Positions 7,599 through 18,692 of a stretch of DNA of 64,000 bases are shown here, piece after piece. The stretch is taken from the NCBI GenBank assembly GCA_965218425.1, contig OZ244621.1, positions 2,464,001 to 2,528,000 on the forward strand, written 5' to 3'. Under the pieces are notes generated by a model. The model was not told where the DNA came from and searched no databases. It worked only from the letters and a program-made list of their open reading frames with translations. Origin of the DNA: an uncultured Candidatus Binatia bacterium. GTDB lineage: Bacteria; Desulfobacterota; Binatia; UBA9968; CAXXLF01. Both the position numbers and the translations under genes were made by a program. Every line of letters starts with the position of its first letter. Positions within the stretch are counted from its first letter, which is position 1.

Positions 7599-8753
7599 AT
7601 GGCTTTGACCCGTGAGGAAAACGATCTCTTTACCCGGGTTGGACCGGGGACCCCCGCGGGCCGGATGATGCGCTGCTATTGGCATCCCATAGGTTTCGCC
7701 AAGGAGTTGAAGGATAAGCCGAAACGTCGGAGGCTTCTGGGCGAGGACCTGGTGCTGTTTCGTGACGATAAGGGAAGGTTGGGCCTCCTGGGCTTATACT
7801 GTCCCCACCGCGGCACTTCTCTCGAGCTCGGTTACATCGAGGACGGAGGTATTCGCTGTTGTTACCATGGCTGGTTGTTCGATGTGGAGGGGCGTTGCCT
7901 GGAACAGCCCGCAGAACCTCCAGGCAGCAGTTTCAAGGAGCGGGTCGGGCTGCCCGCATACAGGGCGGAGGAGATCGGCGGAGCCATTTTCGCTTATCTC
8001 GGTCCCGATCCTGCTCCGCTGTTGCCGAGGTATGACGTCCTGGTGCGGGAGGACGGGGTCCGCTCCATGGGGGCCCGGGTTCAAAGCTGCAATTATTTCC
8101 AGGCGGTGGAGAACACGGTGGACCAGCACCACTTCAGGTTCCTGCACAGAACTCCCACGTCGCGTCAATGGAGAGACGTGGAACTCGAATCCGAGGTGAC
8201 GGAGTTCGGGATCCGCGACCGCTATACGCGTCGTGTCGGCAATGAAAAATACACGACGGTGAGCTACTTCGTGATGCCCACCATGAACAAGACCGGTTAC
8301 CACCAGGAGGAGGATCATCCTGCCGGCTTCAGGGCCGCTCACCCGGGTTATGAAGCCATGCGTTGGCGTGTTCCCATGGACGATTTCCACACTCTCCATG
8401 TAACGGTGGCTTTCAGTCCGCTGGTGAACGGCAGGCCCGCGCCGGCTCTGCCCCCCGACCGACAGGAGGAGGGGATCACCGAGACGCCGCCGGGGGTCTA
8501 TCGGTGGGATGAGTCCATCGGCGCCGTTGCGCGGGGAGACCAGGACCGCTCCGCCCAGGAAAGCCAGGGGCCGATCTTCGACCGGACCACGGAACATCTC
8601 GGCGCGTCGGATAAAGGGGTCATTCTGTTGCGGAACCTGTATAAGCGGTCCATCGAGTCCGTGAAAAACGGTTCCGATCCCATGGGCGTTGTCAGAAGTC
8701 CGGCGAAGAATGAAATAATTGAAATTATTCCACGTGAGGAAGTGATCGGTTGA
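7599..8753 (+). CDS. Rieske non-heme iron oxygenase alpha subunit (phthalate 4,5-dioxygenase/vanillate demethylase-like)
   Basis: CPHRG...CCYHGW Rieske motif; ENTVDQHHFRFLH iron motif; QD...QESQG, EHLGASD. Confidence 0.92.
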   Translation: MALTREENDLFTRVGPGTPAGRMMRCYWHPIGFAKELKDKPKRRRLLGEDLVLFRDDKGRLGLLGLYCPHRGTSLELGYIEDGGIRCCYHGWLFDVEGRCLEQPAEPPGSSFKERVGLPAYRAEEIGGAIFAYLGPDPAPLLPRYDVLVREDGVRSMGARVQSCNYFQAVENTVDQHHFRFLHRTPTSRQWRDVELESEVTEFGIRDRYTRRVGNEKYTTVSYFVMPTMNKTGYHQEEDHPAGFRAAHPGYEAMRWRVPMDDFHTLHVTVAFSPLVNGRPAPALPPDRQEEGITETPPGVYRWDESIGAVARGDQDRSAQESQGPIFDRTTEHLGASDKGVILLRNLYKRSIESVKNGSDPMGVVRSPAKNEIIEIIPREEVIG

Positions 8754-9000
8754 ATCGGCTTTTAATCGAACGCATCCGTTGCCGGATGTTTCCGGGAGCG
8801 GCATCCTCCGCCGGCCTGGCGGGCGGCATCAAGCGGGTTTTCGAATCAGATCTCTTCGCTCCGGCGGATCGACGCGATCGAATCCGGCGCCGGCAAGGGG
8901 GCAGGTCGATCGTTCCGGCTGTCAGCCTGCGGCGCCGCGCCCTCGGGGGCACTGCGCCGTGTTCGCAAGCCTGACCGTGCCAAGACCCGTATACGCATCC

Positions 9001-9042
9001 CGTCACATCTTGTCTGTCACATTTTGTCCGTCACATCTTTTC
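9001..9042. repeat. Three tandem 14-bp repeats
   Basis: CGTCACATCTTGTC TGTCACATTTTGTC CGTCACATCTTTTC. Confidence 0.85.
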
Positions 9043-11868
9043 AAGGGAAGGGGTCCCGCCGTCCTTGCGCGCGCGCCTGGATTTGCTTTCCTGGATCTGA
9101 CTCACCGTTGTGAGGACTCCCTCGGGCAGCGGTTCGTTATTGCCCCGGGCGCGGATCAGGATCACGGTCCGGGGCGTCTTGGGATCCGACAGAATCCGGC
9201 GAGCTTCGCTGACCACGTCCGATTTCTTCAGCTTCTTCACCGCTTCCACCAGCTGCTCGTGGTATCGAAAGTTGCCTTTTTCCCTGGTGGCGTAATCGTA
9301 GAGTTCTCCGGCCACCTCGGCGATGCTGTCTCCCTCCTCTTCGAGGGATACGATCAATCCCTTCCTGTGCTTTTCGAATTCCTCATCGGTGAGCGCATCA
9401 AATAAATGATGAGACTGTTTCATCCATGACTCCACCCGGGCCTTGAGTTCCAGTGGACCGTGGCCGGCCGATTGAATGAGAAAACTGAAAAACAGCCTGT
9501 CCCGGCTCCGGTGGTTAAAGCTGGCAACGATATAGCCCAGTTGCTGGTTGGTTCGCATCTGCGTATAAAAATCGCTTTCCACAATGGATCTCACCAGGGA
9601 CGCCTTGGCGTGGGTGGGAAGATCCATTTCCCCGACCTGCAACGTATAGGTCAGGGCGTTGTTGTTGTTCGGTATCTCCCTGGAGAAAAGGATCCTTTCG
9701 CCGGAGTCCAGGACCTCCATTCTTTCCTGATAGCGTTCCTCCTCAGGCAAGGGTCGGCTCTTGATCTCGGCCAACAACAGGTCCAGGCTGTCCCGGACCT
9801 TGGCTTCACTCCAGTTGCCGTACGCCACGCCGGTGATGAAAACCTTGTCATAGAGACTCTTGGCGTGTTCCTTCACATCGTCGAAGGTGACGGACTTGAG
9901 CTCGTCAAGGATTTGCTCTTCGTTATATTGCTTCACCCGCCATATCAATCGGTTGTAGTATCTTGCCCTCGAATAGGCGGACCTCAGCTTTCTATTTTCG
10001 GCTCGGCGAACGGCCGCCCTTTTGAGGTCGTTGAACTTCTGCTCGTCGATGCTGATTCGGGTCAAATTCCCGGCCACCAACTGGAGCAGATCAGAGATCC
10101 TTTGGGAATAGCCGCCCAAGGACAGGATGATTCCTTTCTTGCGTACGCTCAGGCCATAGGACAAGCCGGCGAGCTGGATGGGATACACCAATTCATTCAA
10201 TCCCTCCTGGACCGCGGCGGAATACAGCCTGGAGCGGGCGTAGTTCTTAACTGTGTCGTAAACGCGAGGGGTTTCTACCCGAAGTATCATATTGACCCTC
10301 GGCTGTTCGAAACGGCTGTCAAATTGAAACCAGACCCTGGCGAGAGGGTCGTCGCGAACGAGGCTGGGTCGTTCATCCATGAGGGTGAGATTGTAGGGAA
10401 TGAATTCGTTTCTCTTCGGGTAGAAGATGCCGTCTATCGTGCCGGGGCTATGAAGCTTTTCGTAGGATTCCCCTCCGACTTCCCGGATGGAATATTCCGT
10501 TCCATAGAATTCGGCTTGCCGGTCCGTTTCCACGGACCGGGACTGCAGGACGGCCAGCATATTTTCCGGCGTCAGCGTGGCCAGGATAGCCTTGTAGGCC
10601 GCAGGTTCGTATTTCCGGTAAAGGTAGGGAAGGGTTTCCACATCCGCAAGCTTGTATGTCTGCATCTGTGCGGCCTTGGAGGCCACATATCCCATGCCCT
10701 CGTCGGGGTCTTTCCATTGAAAATCGATCCGGGCCATGGTCCGGGTTTCCCGGAACGTGTATTCTTCGAACCCGCGTTTGTCGAGCAGGTGAATATAAGC
10801 AAAGATCAGTTCCAGGACCCGCTGGTGGTTCTTCTCGCCTTTCTTGGTTAATCGAACGGAGATATCAAAGGAAGAAAGGTTGGGATGGCTGGAATCGCCT
10901 CCGGCGGACAGCCCGAGGGCGAGCCCCTCTTCCTTTAATCTTGAAAGCAGGGAACCTTTCCCTTCGTACCCTAACACGTGGGCTACGATATGCGCGGGTT
11001 TGCTGTCCAGGTGGTCATCGAGCCGGATGGTGGGAAAGGTGAGTGTCAGGCTTTGCACGTCCCGGATGGTTTTTACTTGCATGAACCGGTACCGGCCTTT
11101 AAGGGGTTTACGGTAGGCCTCATCGATATGCGGCATCTCCACCGGACGGTCCGGAATATCGGAGAAATACCTTGCCGCCAACTCCTCCTGCTCCCTGAGG
11201 GGAAGGTTGGACAGGGTGGCAAGCTTCATCCTCGAGGCGGAATAGTACTTGCGGTGAAATGCCAGCAAGGCGGGCCGGTTGTCCCCCGCAAGGGTCTCTT
11301 TGTTTCCCGTGCCGAATTTTGTGACGGGGTGTCCTTTCTCCGCCACCTGGCTCACGGCGTGGGCCACGCGCCATCGATCCCGCAGCTTGTTCTTGTCGTG
11401 CTCGCTGTGGACCGCATTGACTTCTCTTTCGGAGTATTGTTTGTCGAACAGGGGCTCTTTGAAAAATTGGCTGAAGCGGTCCAGGGCCTCTTGGTAGGCT
11501 CCATGGGAAATCTCAAAGAAGTAGTTGGTGATCATGTCCCCCGTATAGGCGTTGTTGTCCCCGGAATTTGCGGATAGAAGTTTATCGAAGGCGTTGACCT
11601 CCGGATACTTTTTCGTCCCCAGGAACAGCATGTGCTCCAGATAATGGGCCAATCCCAGCTTCTCTTCAGGGTCATAGAGACTGCCGACACCCACGGCCAA
11701 AGCTGCGGCGCTGCGGGTCACCTCGGGATCATGCATGAGCAGGACCGCCAGACCGTTATCGAGCACCAGGGTCTTGCTCTCTCTTTTCTTGGCCTCCGCC
11801 GGGCCATGGAGAAGCAGGACGAGGGCTACAAAGGGTATGAAGAAAGCGGGCGATTTGGGTAAACGCAC
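9031..11868 (-). CDS. Secreted M16A metallopeptidase (insulinase/pitrilysin-like)
   Basis: GLAHYLEHMLFLG (HxxEH), NAYT, MRTNQQLGYIV; signal peptide; GTG start after GGAGG (alternative ATG 11886). Confidence 0.92.
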   Translation of the reverse strand: MRLPKSPAFFIPFVALVLLLHGPAEAKKRESKTLVLDNGLAVLLMHDPEVTRSAAALAVGVGSLYDPEEKLGLAHYLEHMLFLGTKKYPEVNAFDKLLSANSGDNNAYTGDMITNYFFEISHGAYQEALDRFSQFFKEPLFDKQYSEREVNAVHSEHDKNKLRDRWRVAHAVSQVAEKGHPVTKFGTGNKETLAGDNRPALLAFHRKYYSASRMKLATLSNLPLREQEELAARYFSDIPDRPVEMPHIDEAYRKPLKGRYRFMQVKTIRDVQSLTLTFPTIRLDDHLDSKPAHIVAHVLGYEGKGSLLSRLKEEGLALGLSAGGDSSHPNLSSFDISVRLTKKGEKNHQRVLELIFAYIHLLDKRGFEEYTFRETRTMARIDFQWKDPDEGMGYVASKAAQMQTYKLADVETLPYLYRKYEPAAYKAILATLTPENMLAVLQSRSVETDRQAEFYGTEYSIREVGGESYEKLHSPGTIDGIFYPKRNEFIPYNLTLMDERPSLVRDDPLARVWFQFDSRFEQPRVNMILRVETPRVYDTVKNYARSRLYSAAVQEGLNELVYPIQLAGLSYGLSVRKKGIILSLGGYSQRISDLLQLVAGNLTRISIDEQKFNDLKRAAVRRAENRKLRSAYSRARYYNRLIWRVKQYNEEQILDELKSVTFDDVKEHAKSLYDKVFITGVAYGNWSEAKVRDSLDLLLAEIKSRPLPEEERYQERMEVLDSGERILFSREIPNNNNALTYTLQVGEMDLPTHAKASLVRSIVESDFYTQMRTNQQLGYIVASFNHRSRDRLFFSFLIQSAGHGPLELKARVESWMKQSHHLFDALTDEEFEKHRKGLIVSLEEEGDSIAEVAGELYDYATREKGNFRYHEQLVEAVKKLKKSDVVSEARRILSDPKTPRTVILIRARGNNEPLPEGVLTTVSQIQESKSRRARKDGGTPSLEKM

Positions 11869-12068
11869 GGGACACCTCCAACTCATTGGTTTAGATAGGG
11901 GAACCGTTCATCTTCAAGCTCCAGGCCCATATTCGAGTCTTCATCGGTGAGGGAATGAAATAATCCTGAAAAAATCGATTTTACCACCTAATTATACAAA
12001 GACCGTGGTCGTATATCCAGGTGCTTTGACTAGAAATGCTAGTCCTAGCGGCAAGAAATTGATAAACT

Positions 12069-12431
12069 ATGCCCATGGTAGCCGGGCCGAGTAAGGAACT
12101 GGAGACTTTCGCTAACCCCCGACCTGAAAGGGACTACGAGATTAACCTCGAATGTCCTGAGTTTACCTGCGTTTGCCCGCGTACGGGTCAGCCTGACTTT
12201 GCGACCATCCGAATTCAATACGTGCCGGACTCGTTGTGCATCGAGCTGAAATCCCTGAAGCTGTACCTCTGGTCGTACCGAAACGAGGGGGCATTTCACG
12301 AAGATGTCACTAATCGAATCCTGGATGATCTGGTCGAGGCCTGCCGTCCTAGATCCATGTCCGTGGTGGGGGATTTTAATGTGCGTGGCGGCATCCACAC
12401 GGTGATCACTGCCGGTTACAAGGCCGATTGA
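12069..12431 (+). CDS. queF: NADPH-dependent 7-cyano-7-deazaguanine reductase (type I)
   Basis: [32 protein letters not shown] motifs. Confidence 0.95.
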   Translation: MPMVAGPSKELETFANPRPERDYEINLECPEFTCVCPRTGQPDFATIRIQYVPDSLCIELKSLKLYLWSYRNEGAFHEDVTNRILDDLVEACRPRSMSVVGDFNVRGGIHTVITAGYKAD

Positions 12432-12595
12432 AGCCTGCCCGGACGTCTGAAGGGAACCTTGGCAAGGTTTTTGTCCTGAAATTGTCGGGTCCGCTTTCAC
12501 GCCTGCGCCCGTGGCATCCATTGTTCGGCCAAGCTCAGGCGCCCGGGTTCTAAGATTGAATTCAAAGGCTTCTAAACTTTCTTCAGTAACTAACC

Positions 12596-14593
12596 ATGGA
12601 TGACATAGCCGTTTTAAAACAACTCCTGATTGTTCTCACCGCCACCCTTTCCATCGTGTTCGTCTTTCAAAAGCTCAGGGTCCCCGTCATCCTGGGTTTT
12701 CTGGTGGCGGGTGTGATCATCGGCCCCGACTCCCTGGGGCTCATCCATGACGTTCATGAAGTGGAGCTCCTCGCGGAGATAGGCGTTGTCCTCCTCCTCT
12801 TTACCATCGGGCTCGAATTTTCCTTGTCGGAGTTTCACACGGCCCGGAACTACATCCTATGGGCCGGGATACTTCAGGTGGCCGTTACAACCCTGGTGAG
12901 CCTGGCTGCCGCGCTTTTTCTGGGCCACTCAGCTCAGGTGGGTATATTCTTCGGATTTCTCATTTCGCTGAGCAGCACAGTCATCGTTCTCAAGGTGTAC
13001 AGTGACCGGCGGGAGATCGATTCCTTACAGGGGAAGTTGGCCACGGGTCTGCTCCTGTTTCAGGATCTCTGTATCGTGCCCATGATGCTTCTCCTTCCCG
13101 TGCTGGGTCAAACCGGTGACGTATCTCTTCTACTCATTGGCTGGGCGCTCCTTAAGGCGATCCTGGTGCTCCTTCTGGTCGTGGCCGCCGCGCGAAGCGT
13201 TCTACCCTGGCTCCTACGTCAAGTGGCCATTGTCAGAAATCGAGAGATCTTTCTACTGTTTGTCATCTTCGTCTGTCTGGGAACCGCGTGGCTCACTTCC
13301 ACGTTGGGACTCTCCCTTGCTCTGGGTGCGTTCATTGCCGGGCTGTTGATCTCGGAATCAGAGTACAGCCATCAGATCGTAGCCGAGATAGTTCCCTTGC
13401 GGGATTGTTTCAGTGGAATTTTCTTTATCTCCATCGGAATGCTTCTGAACGTCCATTTCCTGATGGACAATATTGTCCCGGCATTAATGAATTTCCTTCT
13501 AATCATTGGAGTCAAGGCTCTGGTGATCTTTCTGATCTACTGGCGGCTATACCGTTCGCTCCGACTGGGTGTCATACTGGGTCTGAGTCTAGCCCAGATT
13601 GGAGAGTTTTCCTTTATTCTCGCCGCAGCGGGACGGGACTTCGGTCTGCTGACTGAGACCGCCGGGCAGACTTTTCTGGCCGCTTCCATTCTCACCATGA
13701 CGGCAACTCCCTTTCTGATACAGTGGGTCAATCGGTTGGCCTATGGGTTTGAAGCCATGGTCAAGGTTCCAGGAGTCAAGACGCCGGCGGAAAAGGATAG
13801 GCAAGAGTCCGCCACGGGTCACGTGATGGTGGTGGGCTATGGTTTGAACGGGCAAAACCTTACCCGGGTCCTCAAAGAGGTGGGGATCCGCTACCGGATC
13901 TTAGAGATGAATCCTGATCTCATCAGCAAGGCCAAGGCCGCCCGTGAGCCGGTGACTTTTGGAGACGGGACCCAACAGAATGTCCTGGAGCACGCCGGCA
14001 TCCACGGGGCTCGGGCCATGGTGGTGGCAATATCCGATTCCGTGGCGACGCTGCATACGGTACGGCAGGCCAGGAGCCTCAGGTCTGATCTGTTCATCCT
14101 GGTTCGTACCCGTTATGTGTCGGACATCGACAAGCTGTATCGAATCGGGGCGAGCCAGGTCATACCCGAGGAGTTTGAAACCTCAGTGGAAATCTTTGCG
14201 CGGGTCCTGGAGGAATACCACGTGCCCCGCAATGTGATCTCGCTCCAAGTGGATTTGATGCGACGGGAACGGTACCGGATGATGCGGGGGCTCAAGCTCG
14301 AGGGCAAAAGCCTGGATCAACTGAGTCAGTATCTGGCGGGCACCATCACCGATACGGTGTTGTTGCTGGAAGGATCGCCGGCCGTTGGCAAAACCCTGGC
14401 GGGGCTTGAGGTGAGGTCTCGCTACGGGGTGACCGTAATTGCGGTGGTTCGAGACGGCAAGTCCATACACAATCCTCCGCAGGATTTCCTGCTGTCCGCC
14501 GGCGATGTTCTCGTCCTGCTGGGAAGCCACCAGGAATTGGACCAGGCCACGCGACTGCTGAGTCCAACCTCTGAAACCAGCTCCAATTTCTAG
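12596..14593 (+). CDS. CPA2 cation:proton antiporter (KefB/KefC-like) with TrkA-N and TrkA-C domains
   Basis: Many TM helices, LLFQD, QIGEFSF, GYGLNG, GDGT, C-terminal RCK-C. Confidence 0.9.
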   Translation: MDDIAVLKQLLIVLTATLSIVFVFQKLRVPVILGFLVAGVIIGPDSLGLIHDVHEVELLAEIGVVLLLFTIGLEFSLSEFHTARNYILWAGILQVAVTTLVSLAAALFLGHSAQVGIFFGFLISLSSTVIVLKVYSDRREIDSLQGKLATGLLLFQDLCIVPMMLLLPVLGQTGDVSLLLIGWALLKAILVLLLVVAAARSVLPWLLRQVAIVRNREIFLLFVIFVCLGTAWLTSTLGLSLALGAFIAGLLISESEYSHQIVAEIVPLRDCFSGIFFISIGMLLNVHFLMDNIVPALMNFLLIIGVKALVIFLIYWRLYRSLRLGVILGLSLAQIGEFSFILAAAGRDFGLLTETAGQTFLAASILTMTATPFLIQWVNRLAYGFEAMVKVPGVKTPAEKDRQESATGHVMVVGYGLNGQNLTRVLKEVGIRYRILEMNPDLISKAKAAREPVTFGDGTQQNVLEHAGIHGARAMVVAISDSVATLHTVRQARSLRSDLFILVRTRYVSDIDKLYRIGASQVIPEEFETSVEIFARVLEEYHVPRNVISLQVDLMRRERYRMMRGLKLEGKSLDQLSQYLAGTITDTVLLLEGSPAVGKTLAGLEVRSRYGVTVIAVVRDGKSIHNPPQDFLLSAGDVLVLLGSHQELDQATRLLSPTSETSSNF

Positions 14594-14718
14594 CTCACGG
14601 TTTGATTTCCAGGAAAATTTCACATAAGCAATAAAAGACCTAACCGTTGTAGTCAGTGACGCCAGTGCCTGCTCTGTGCACTGCCGATACTTGAAGAGGC
14701 GAGACCGCTCGAGCAATC

Positions 14719-16506
14719 ATGACCAGCACATTAATGAACGGGAAGCTCAATGCGTGGGTTCGTGAGGCAGCCGACCTGTGCAAGCCCGATTCCCTTTACT
14801 GGTGTAATGGGGGCAAGGCGGAGTACGATCACTTAATGGCTCAAATGGTCAGCAGTGCAATGGCCGTCCCCCTCAGGCAACGTCCCAATTCTTTCTTGTT
14901 TCGGTCCGATCCAAGCGACGTGGCCAGGACCGAAGACCGCACCTACATTGCTTCTCCAACAAAGATCGAGGCCGGCCCCACCAATAATTGGGTGGACCCC
15001 GACGAGCTCAAGCAGACCATGAGCGGCCTGTATGACGGTTGCATGAAGGGGCGGACCATGTATGTGATCCCCTTTTCCATGGGACCCATTGGATCACCCA
15101 TAGCTAAAATCGGCGTGGAGATAACCGATAGCCCCTATGTGGTATGCAACATGCACGTTATGACACGTGTGGGGGACAGAGTGCTCCAGACACTCGGGCC
15201 TGATGGGGACTTCATCCCTTGCCTGCACTCCGTGGGCGCTCCCCTTGCCAAAGGTCAGAAGGATGATTCTTGGCCCTGCGCCCCCATGGAACGCAAATAC
15301 GTCAGCCATTTTCCCCAGGAAAATTTGATTTGGTCTTTCGGCTCCGGTTACGGCGGCAACGCGCTGCTGGGGAAAAAATGCCTGGCTCTCAGGATCGCCT
15401 CCGCCATGGCCCAGCGTGAGGGCTGGATGGCGGAGCATATGTTGATCATGCGGCTCACCAATCCCGCGGGGAAACAGTTCCATATCGCCGCCGCTTTTCC
15501 TTCTGCCTGCGGAAAGACCAATCTGGCGATGATTGTGCCTACCATCCCGGGATGGAAGTGTGAATGCCTGGGCGATGACATTTCCTGGATGAAAATCGGC
15601 GCGGACGGACGACTCCACGCCATTAACCCCGAATCGGGTTTCTTCGGTGTTGCACCCGGCACCTCTTATGGGTCCAATCCCATGGCCATGGAGACCTTGA
15701 AAGAGAACGTTATCTTCACCAACTGTGCCCTTGCCGACCATGGTGATGTCTGGTGGGAAGGAATGGACGGAGATCCTCCCTCCCATGCCATCGACTGGAA
15801 GGGCGAGGACTGGCGTCCCGACCTAAAAACTCCTGCGGCCCACCCAAACGCTCGGTTTACGGTCCCGGCGGCCCAGTGTCCGGAAATCTGTAACGACTGG
15901 GAAAAACCCGAGGGTGTTCCCATCGACATTTTTATATTCGGCGGTCGTCGTGCCGGTGTTGTGCCGTTGGTTACCGAAGCGTTCAACTGGCGTCATGGGG
16001 TTTTTCTTGGGGCAACGGCGGCATCGGAGACCACTGCGGCCATCATCGGGACCGTGGGCAGGTTAAGGCGGGACCCCTTCGCCATGACCCCGTTTTGCGG
16101 TTACAACATGGGAGACTATTTTCGGCATTGGTTGAAAATGGGGGACAGGCTCGGTGGCAAGGCGCCACGCATTTTCTATGTCAACTGGTTTCGTAAGACT
16201 CCTGAGGGTAAGTGGTTGTGGCCAGGGTTTGGTGAGAATAGCCGAGTGCTTAAGTGGATGTGTGATCGGATGGACGGGAAAATCGGCGCTAGGGAAACAC
16301 CCATTGGTAACGTGCCTAACCCTGGAGACCTTGACCTTACAGGCCTAACCCTCCCGTCGGACGATTTAAATGAGCTGCTCAAGGTGGACGCGGAACTCTG
16401 GAGACCCGAAGTCCCGGATATCGAAAAGTACTTCGCCCAATTCGGAGACCGTATTCCGAATCCCACGCGAGTGGAGCTGCGCGAACTGGCCAACCGCCTA
16501 GGATAG
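14719..16506 (+). CDS. pckG: Phosphoenolpyruvate carboxykinase (GTP)
   Basis: [40 protein letters not shown]. Confidence 0.96.
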   Translation: MTSTLMNGKLNAWVREAADLCKPDSLYWCNGGKAEYDHLMAQMVSSAMAVPLRQRPNSFLFRSDPSDVARTEDRTYIASPTKIEAGPTNNWVDPDELKQTMSGLYDGCMKGRTMYVIPFSMGPIGSPIAKIGVEITDSPYVVCNMHVMTRVGDRVLQTLGPDGDFIPCLHSVGAPLAKGQKDDSWPCAPMERKYVSHFPQENLIWSFGSGYGGNALLGKKCLALRIASAMAQREGWMAEHMLIMRLTNPAGKQFHIAAAFPSACGKTNLAMIVPTIPGWKCECLGDDISWMKIGADGRLHAINPESGFFGVAPGTSYGSNPMAMETLKENVIFTNCALADHGDVWWEGMDGDPPSHAIDWKGEDWRPDLKTPAAHPNARFTVPAAQCPEICNDWEKPEGVPIDIFIFGGRRAGVVPLVTEAFNWRHGVFLGATAASETTAAIIGTVGRLRRDPFAMTPFCGYNMGDYFRHWLKMGDRLGGKAPRIFYVNWFRKTPEGKWLWPGFGENSRVLKWMCDRMDGKIGARETPIGNVPNPGDLDLTGLTLPSDDLNELLKVDAELWRPEVPDIEKYFAQFGDRIPNPTRVELRELANRLG

Positions 16507-16689
16507 CCTGACTTTGGATGGGGGCCATGGGATCAATCCATCCCCGAAAAATTTGAATCCCCACGGACGATTTGCCTGGGTTTTAAGGGTAAAAATTTTC
16601 CTTGCCTTTTGTTTCGATTCCAATAACGTAGGCGCATCTCGATTCAGTTTGAGTTCAGGGGTTTTTCGTTTCGTGTCCCTATTGGCAAC

Positions 16690-18057
16690 ATGGCCACCAT
16701 CGAAGACAATTTCAGAAAAGTGCCGCCTCAGAATTTGGAAGCTGAAGCATCCGTTCTCGGTGGAATTCTGCTCGAAAATGAGGCCATGGACCGTGTGCTG
16801 GAAATTGTAACTCCCGACCTGTTCTACCGCGAGTCCCACCGTAAAGTCTTCCGGGCCATGATGGAGCTGGCCGAGCGCAGAGAACCGGTGGATCTCATCA
16901 CCTTGAGCGAGTTCTTGAAGGCGAAGGGGGAGCTGGAGGCTGTGGGAGGGACAGCTTACCTTGCTTCACTGGCAAATCTGGTTCCCACGTCCGCCAATAT
17001 TGCTCATTACGCTCGGATTATTCGCGAAAAGGGAATCCTGAGAAACCTCATTAACGTCGCCACCGGGATTGCCACCCGTGGGTTTGAAGATCAAGGTAAC
17101 TTAGAGGAAATTCTCGACGAAGCGGAAAAGAGCATTTTTGATATCTCGGAGAGAAGAATCAAATCATCCTTTGTATTTCTTGGGGACATGATGAATGACT
17201 CCATCAAAATGGTGGAGAAGCTCTACGAGCGCAAGGAAATGGTCACCGGGGTGCCCACCGGGTTTAATAAGCTGGATAGTATCACCGCGGGCCTCCAACC
17301 CTCAGACCTAATCGTAGTGGCCGGTAGACCCAGCATGGGGAAGACCGCCTTCAGCCTTAACGTTGCAGCCTACGCCGCCTTGCAGGCGAAAATTGGAGTG
17401 GCCGTGTTTTCCCTTGAAATGGCCAAAGAACAGTTGGGGCTTCGAATGCTTTGCTCGGAGGCAAGAGTCGACCACTCGAAGGTCCGGTCAGGCCATTTAG
17501 CGGAGCGGGAGTTTGACCCTTTGATAAAAGCCGCGGGAAGGTTGGCCGAGGCCCCCGTCTACATCGATGATACCCCCGCCATCTCAATTTTAGAGCTCAG
17601 GGCGAAGTCGCGTCGTCTGGTACGAGATAGAGATAAAAAAATTGGCCTAATCGTTGTGGATTATCTCCAACTCATGCGCGGTCTGTCCGCGGTGCAAAAC
17701 CGTGAACAGGAAATTTCGGAAATTTCACGATCCCTAAAGGCCTTGGCCAAAGAGCTCAATATCCCGATTATTGCCATTTCGCAGCTTAATCGTCGTGTGG
17801 AGGATCGGGGGGACAGGCGACCCATGATGGCGGATCTGAGGGAATCCGGAGCCATCGAGCAAGACGCTGATGTTATCGCCTTTATTTACCGGGATGAATT
17901 ATACAACAAAGACTCAGCGGACCAGGGAACGGCGGAAATCATCGTGGCGAAACAACGTAACGGTCCCACCGGCATGGTTCGCCTGACATTTATCAATGAG
18001 ATCACCCGGTTTGAAAATTACTCCCAGGCTGACGCTTTTTATCAGGAAGAGGCTTAA
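16690..18057 (+). CDS. dnaB: Replicative DNA helicase
   Basis: PPQNLEAE, AGRPSMGKT, VDYLQL, DLRESGAIEQDAD, KQRNGPTG. Confidence 0.97.
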   Translation: MATIEDNFRKVPPQNLEAEASVLGGILLENEAMDRVLEIVTPDLFYRESHRKVFRAMMELAERREPVDLITLSEFLKAKGELEAVGGTAYLASLANLVPTSANIAHYARIIREKGILRNLINVATGIATRGFEDQGNLEEILDEAEKSIFDISERRIKSSFVFLGDMMNDSIKMVEKLYERKEMVTGVPTGFNKLDSITAGLQPSDLIVVAGRPSMGKTAFSLNVAAYAALQAKIGVAVFSLEMAKEQLGLRMLCSEARVDHSKVRSGHLAEREFDPLIKAAGRLAEAPVYIDDTPAISILELRAKSRRLVRDRDKKIGLIVVDYLQLMRGLSAVQNREQEISEISRSLKALAKELNIPIIAISQLNRRVEDRGDRRPMMADLRESGAIEQDADVIAFIYRDELYNKDSADQGTAEIIVAKQRNGPTGMVRLTFINEITRFENYSQADAFYQEEA

Positions 18058-18692
18058 GAACTTTGAGCTTGAGCTAATACCCTTCTTACTTTCTCCACGA
18101 TATCCTTCGCCGCTATCAGATCACTGATCATGGCCGCCCCATGGGCCCCTGCTCGCCAGACCTCCTTCACGTTCGTCTCGGTGATGCCCCCGATGGCGAC
18201 GATTGGGAGTCGGACGGCGCGACGGATCTCCTGAAGCATGGGGAGGCCCCGGGGGGAATAACCCGTCTCTTTGGTCATGGAGCCGAAGATGGGACCAAAG
18301 CCGATATAGTGGGCGCCGCCACGTTCCGCCTCTTTTGCCTGCTCCAAGGTATGGGTGGAAATACCAATGAGCCGATTCCCCATGATTCTCTTGGCCGCCG
18401 CGAGAGGGAGATCATCCTGCCCCAGATGAACACCATCGGCCCCACATGCCAAGGCGATATCCACTCGGTCGTTGACGATGAGTAGGCAGCCCGCTTGAGA
18501 AGTCTGCTTCCTTAGCTCCACCGCCAGCTGGAGGAATTCGTTTGCGGTTTTATCCTTGACCCGGAGCTGGATCACTGAGATCCCTCCCTCGAGCAGGAGG
18601 CGCCCAACCGATAGAGGCGGGCTTTGTGTGCTCTGGCTGGGGTCGAAGATGGTGTAAAGAGGCGAGGGCAAGCGAAAGGAGCTACTCTTCAT
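18054..18692 (-). CDS. thiE: Thiamine-phosphate synthase
   Basis: [32 protein letters not shown]. Confidence 0.95.
   Translation of the reverse strand: MKSSSFRLPSPLYTIFDPSQSTQSPPLSVGRLLLEGGISVIQLRVKDKTANEFLQLAVELRKQTSQAGCLLIVNDRVDIALACGADGVHLGQDDLPLAAAKRIMGNRLIGISTHTLEQAKEAERGGAHYIGFGPIFGSMTKETGYSPRGLPMLQEIRRAVRLPIVAIGGITETNVKEVWRAGAHGAAMISDLIAAKDIVEKVRRVLAQAQSS

Noticed and set aside
7794..8804. 336-aa minus-strand ORF
   Set aside because: Antisense shadow of the Rieske oxygenase; no motifs
9001..9042. Possible CRISPR array
   Set aside because: Repeats are 14 bp, contiguous, without spacers or cas genes
9460..10851. 463-aa plus-strand ORF
   Set aside because: Antisense shadow of the M16 peptidase in GC-rich coding DNA
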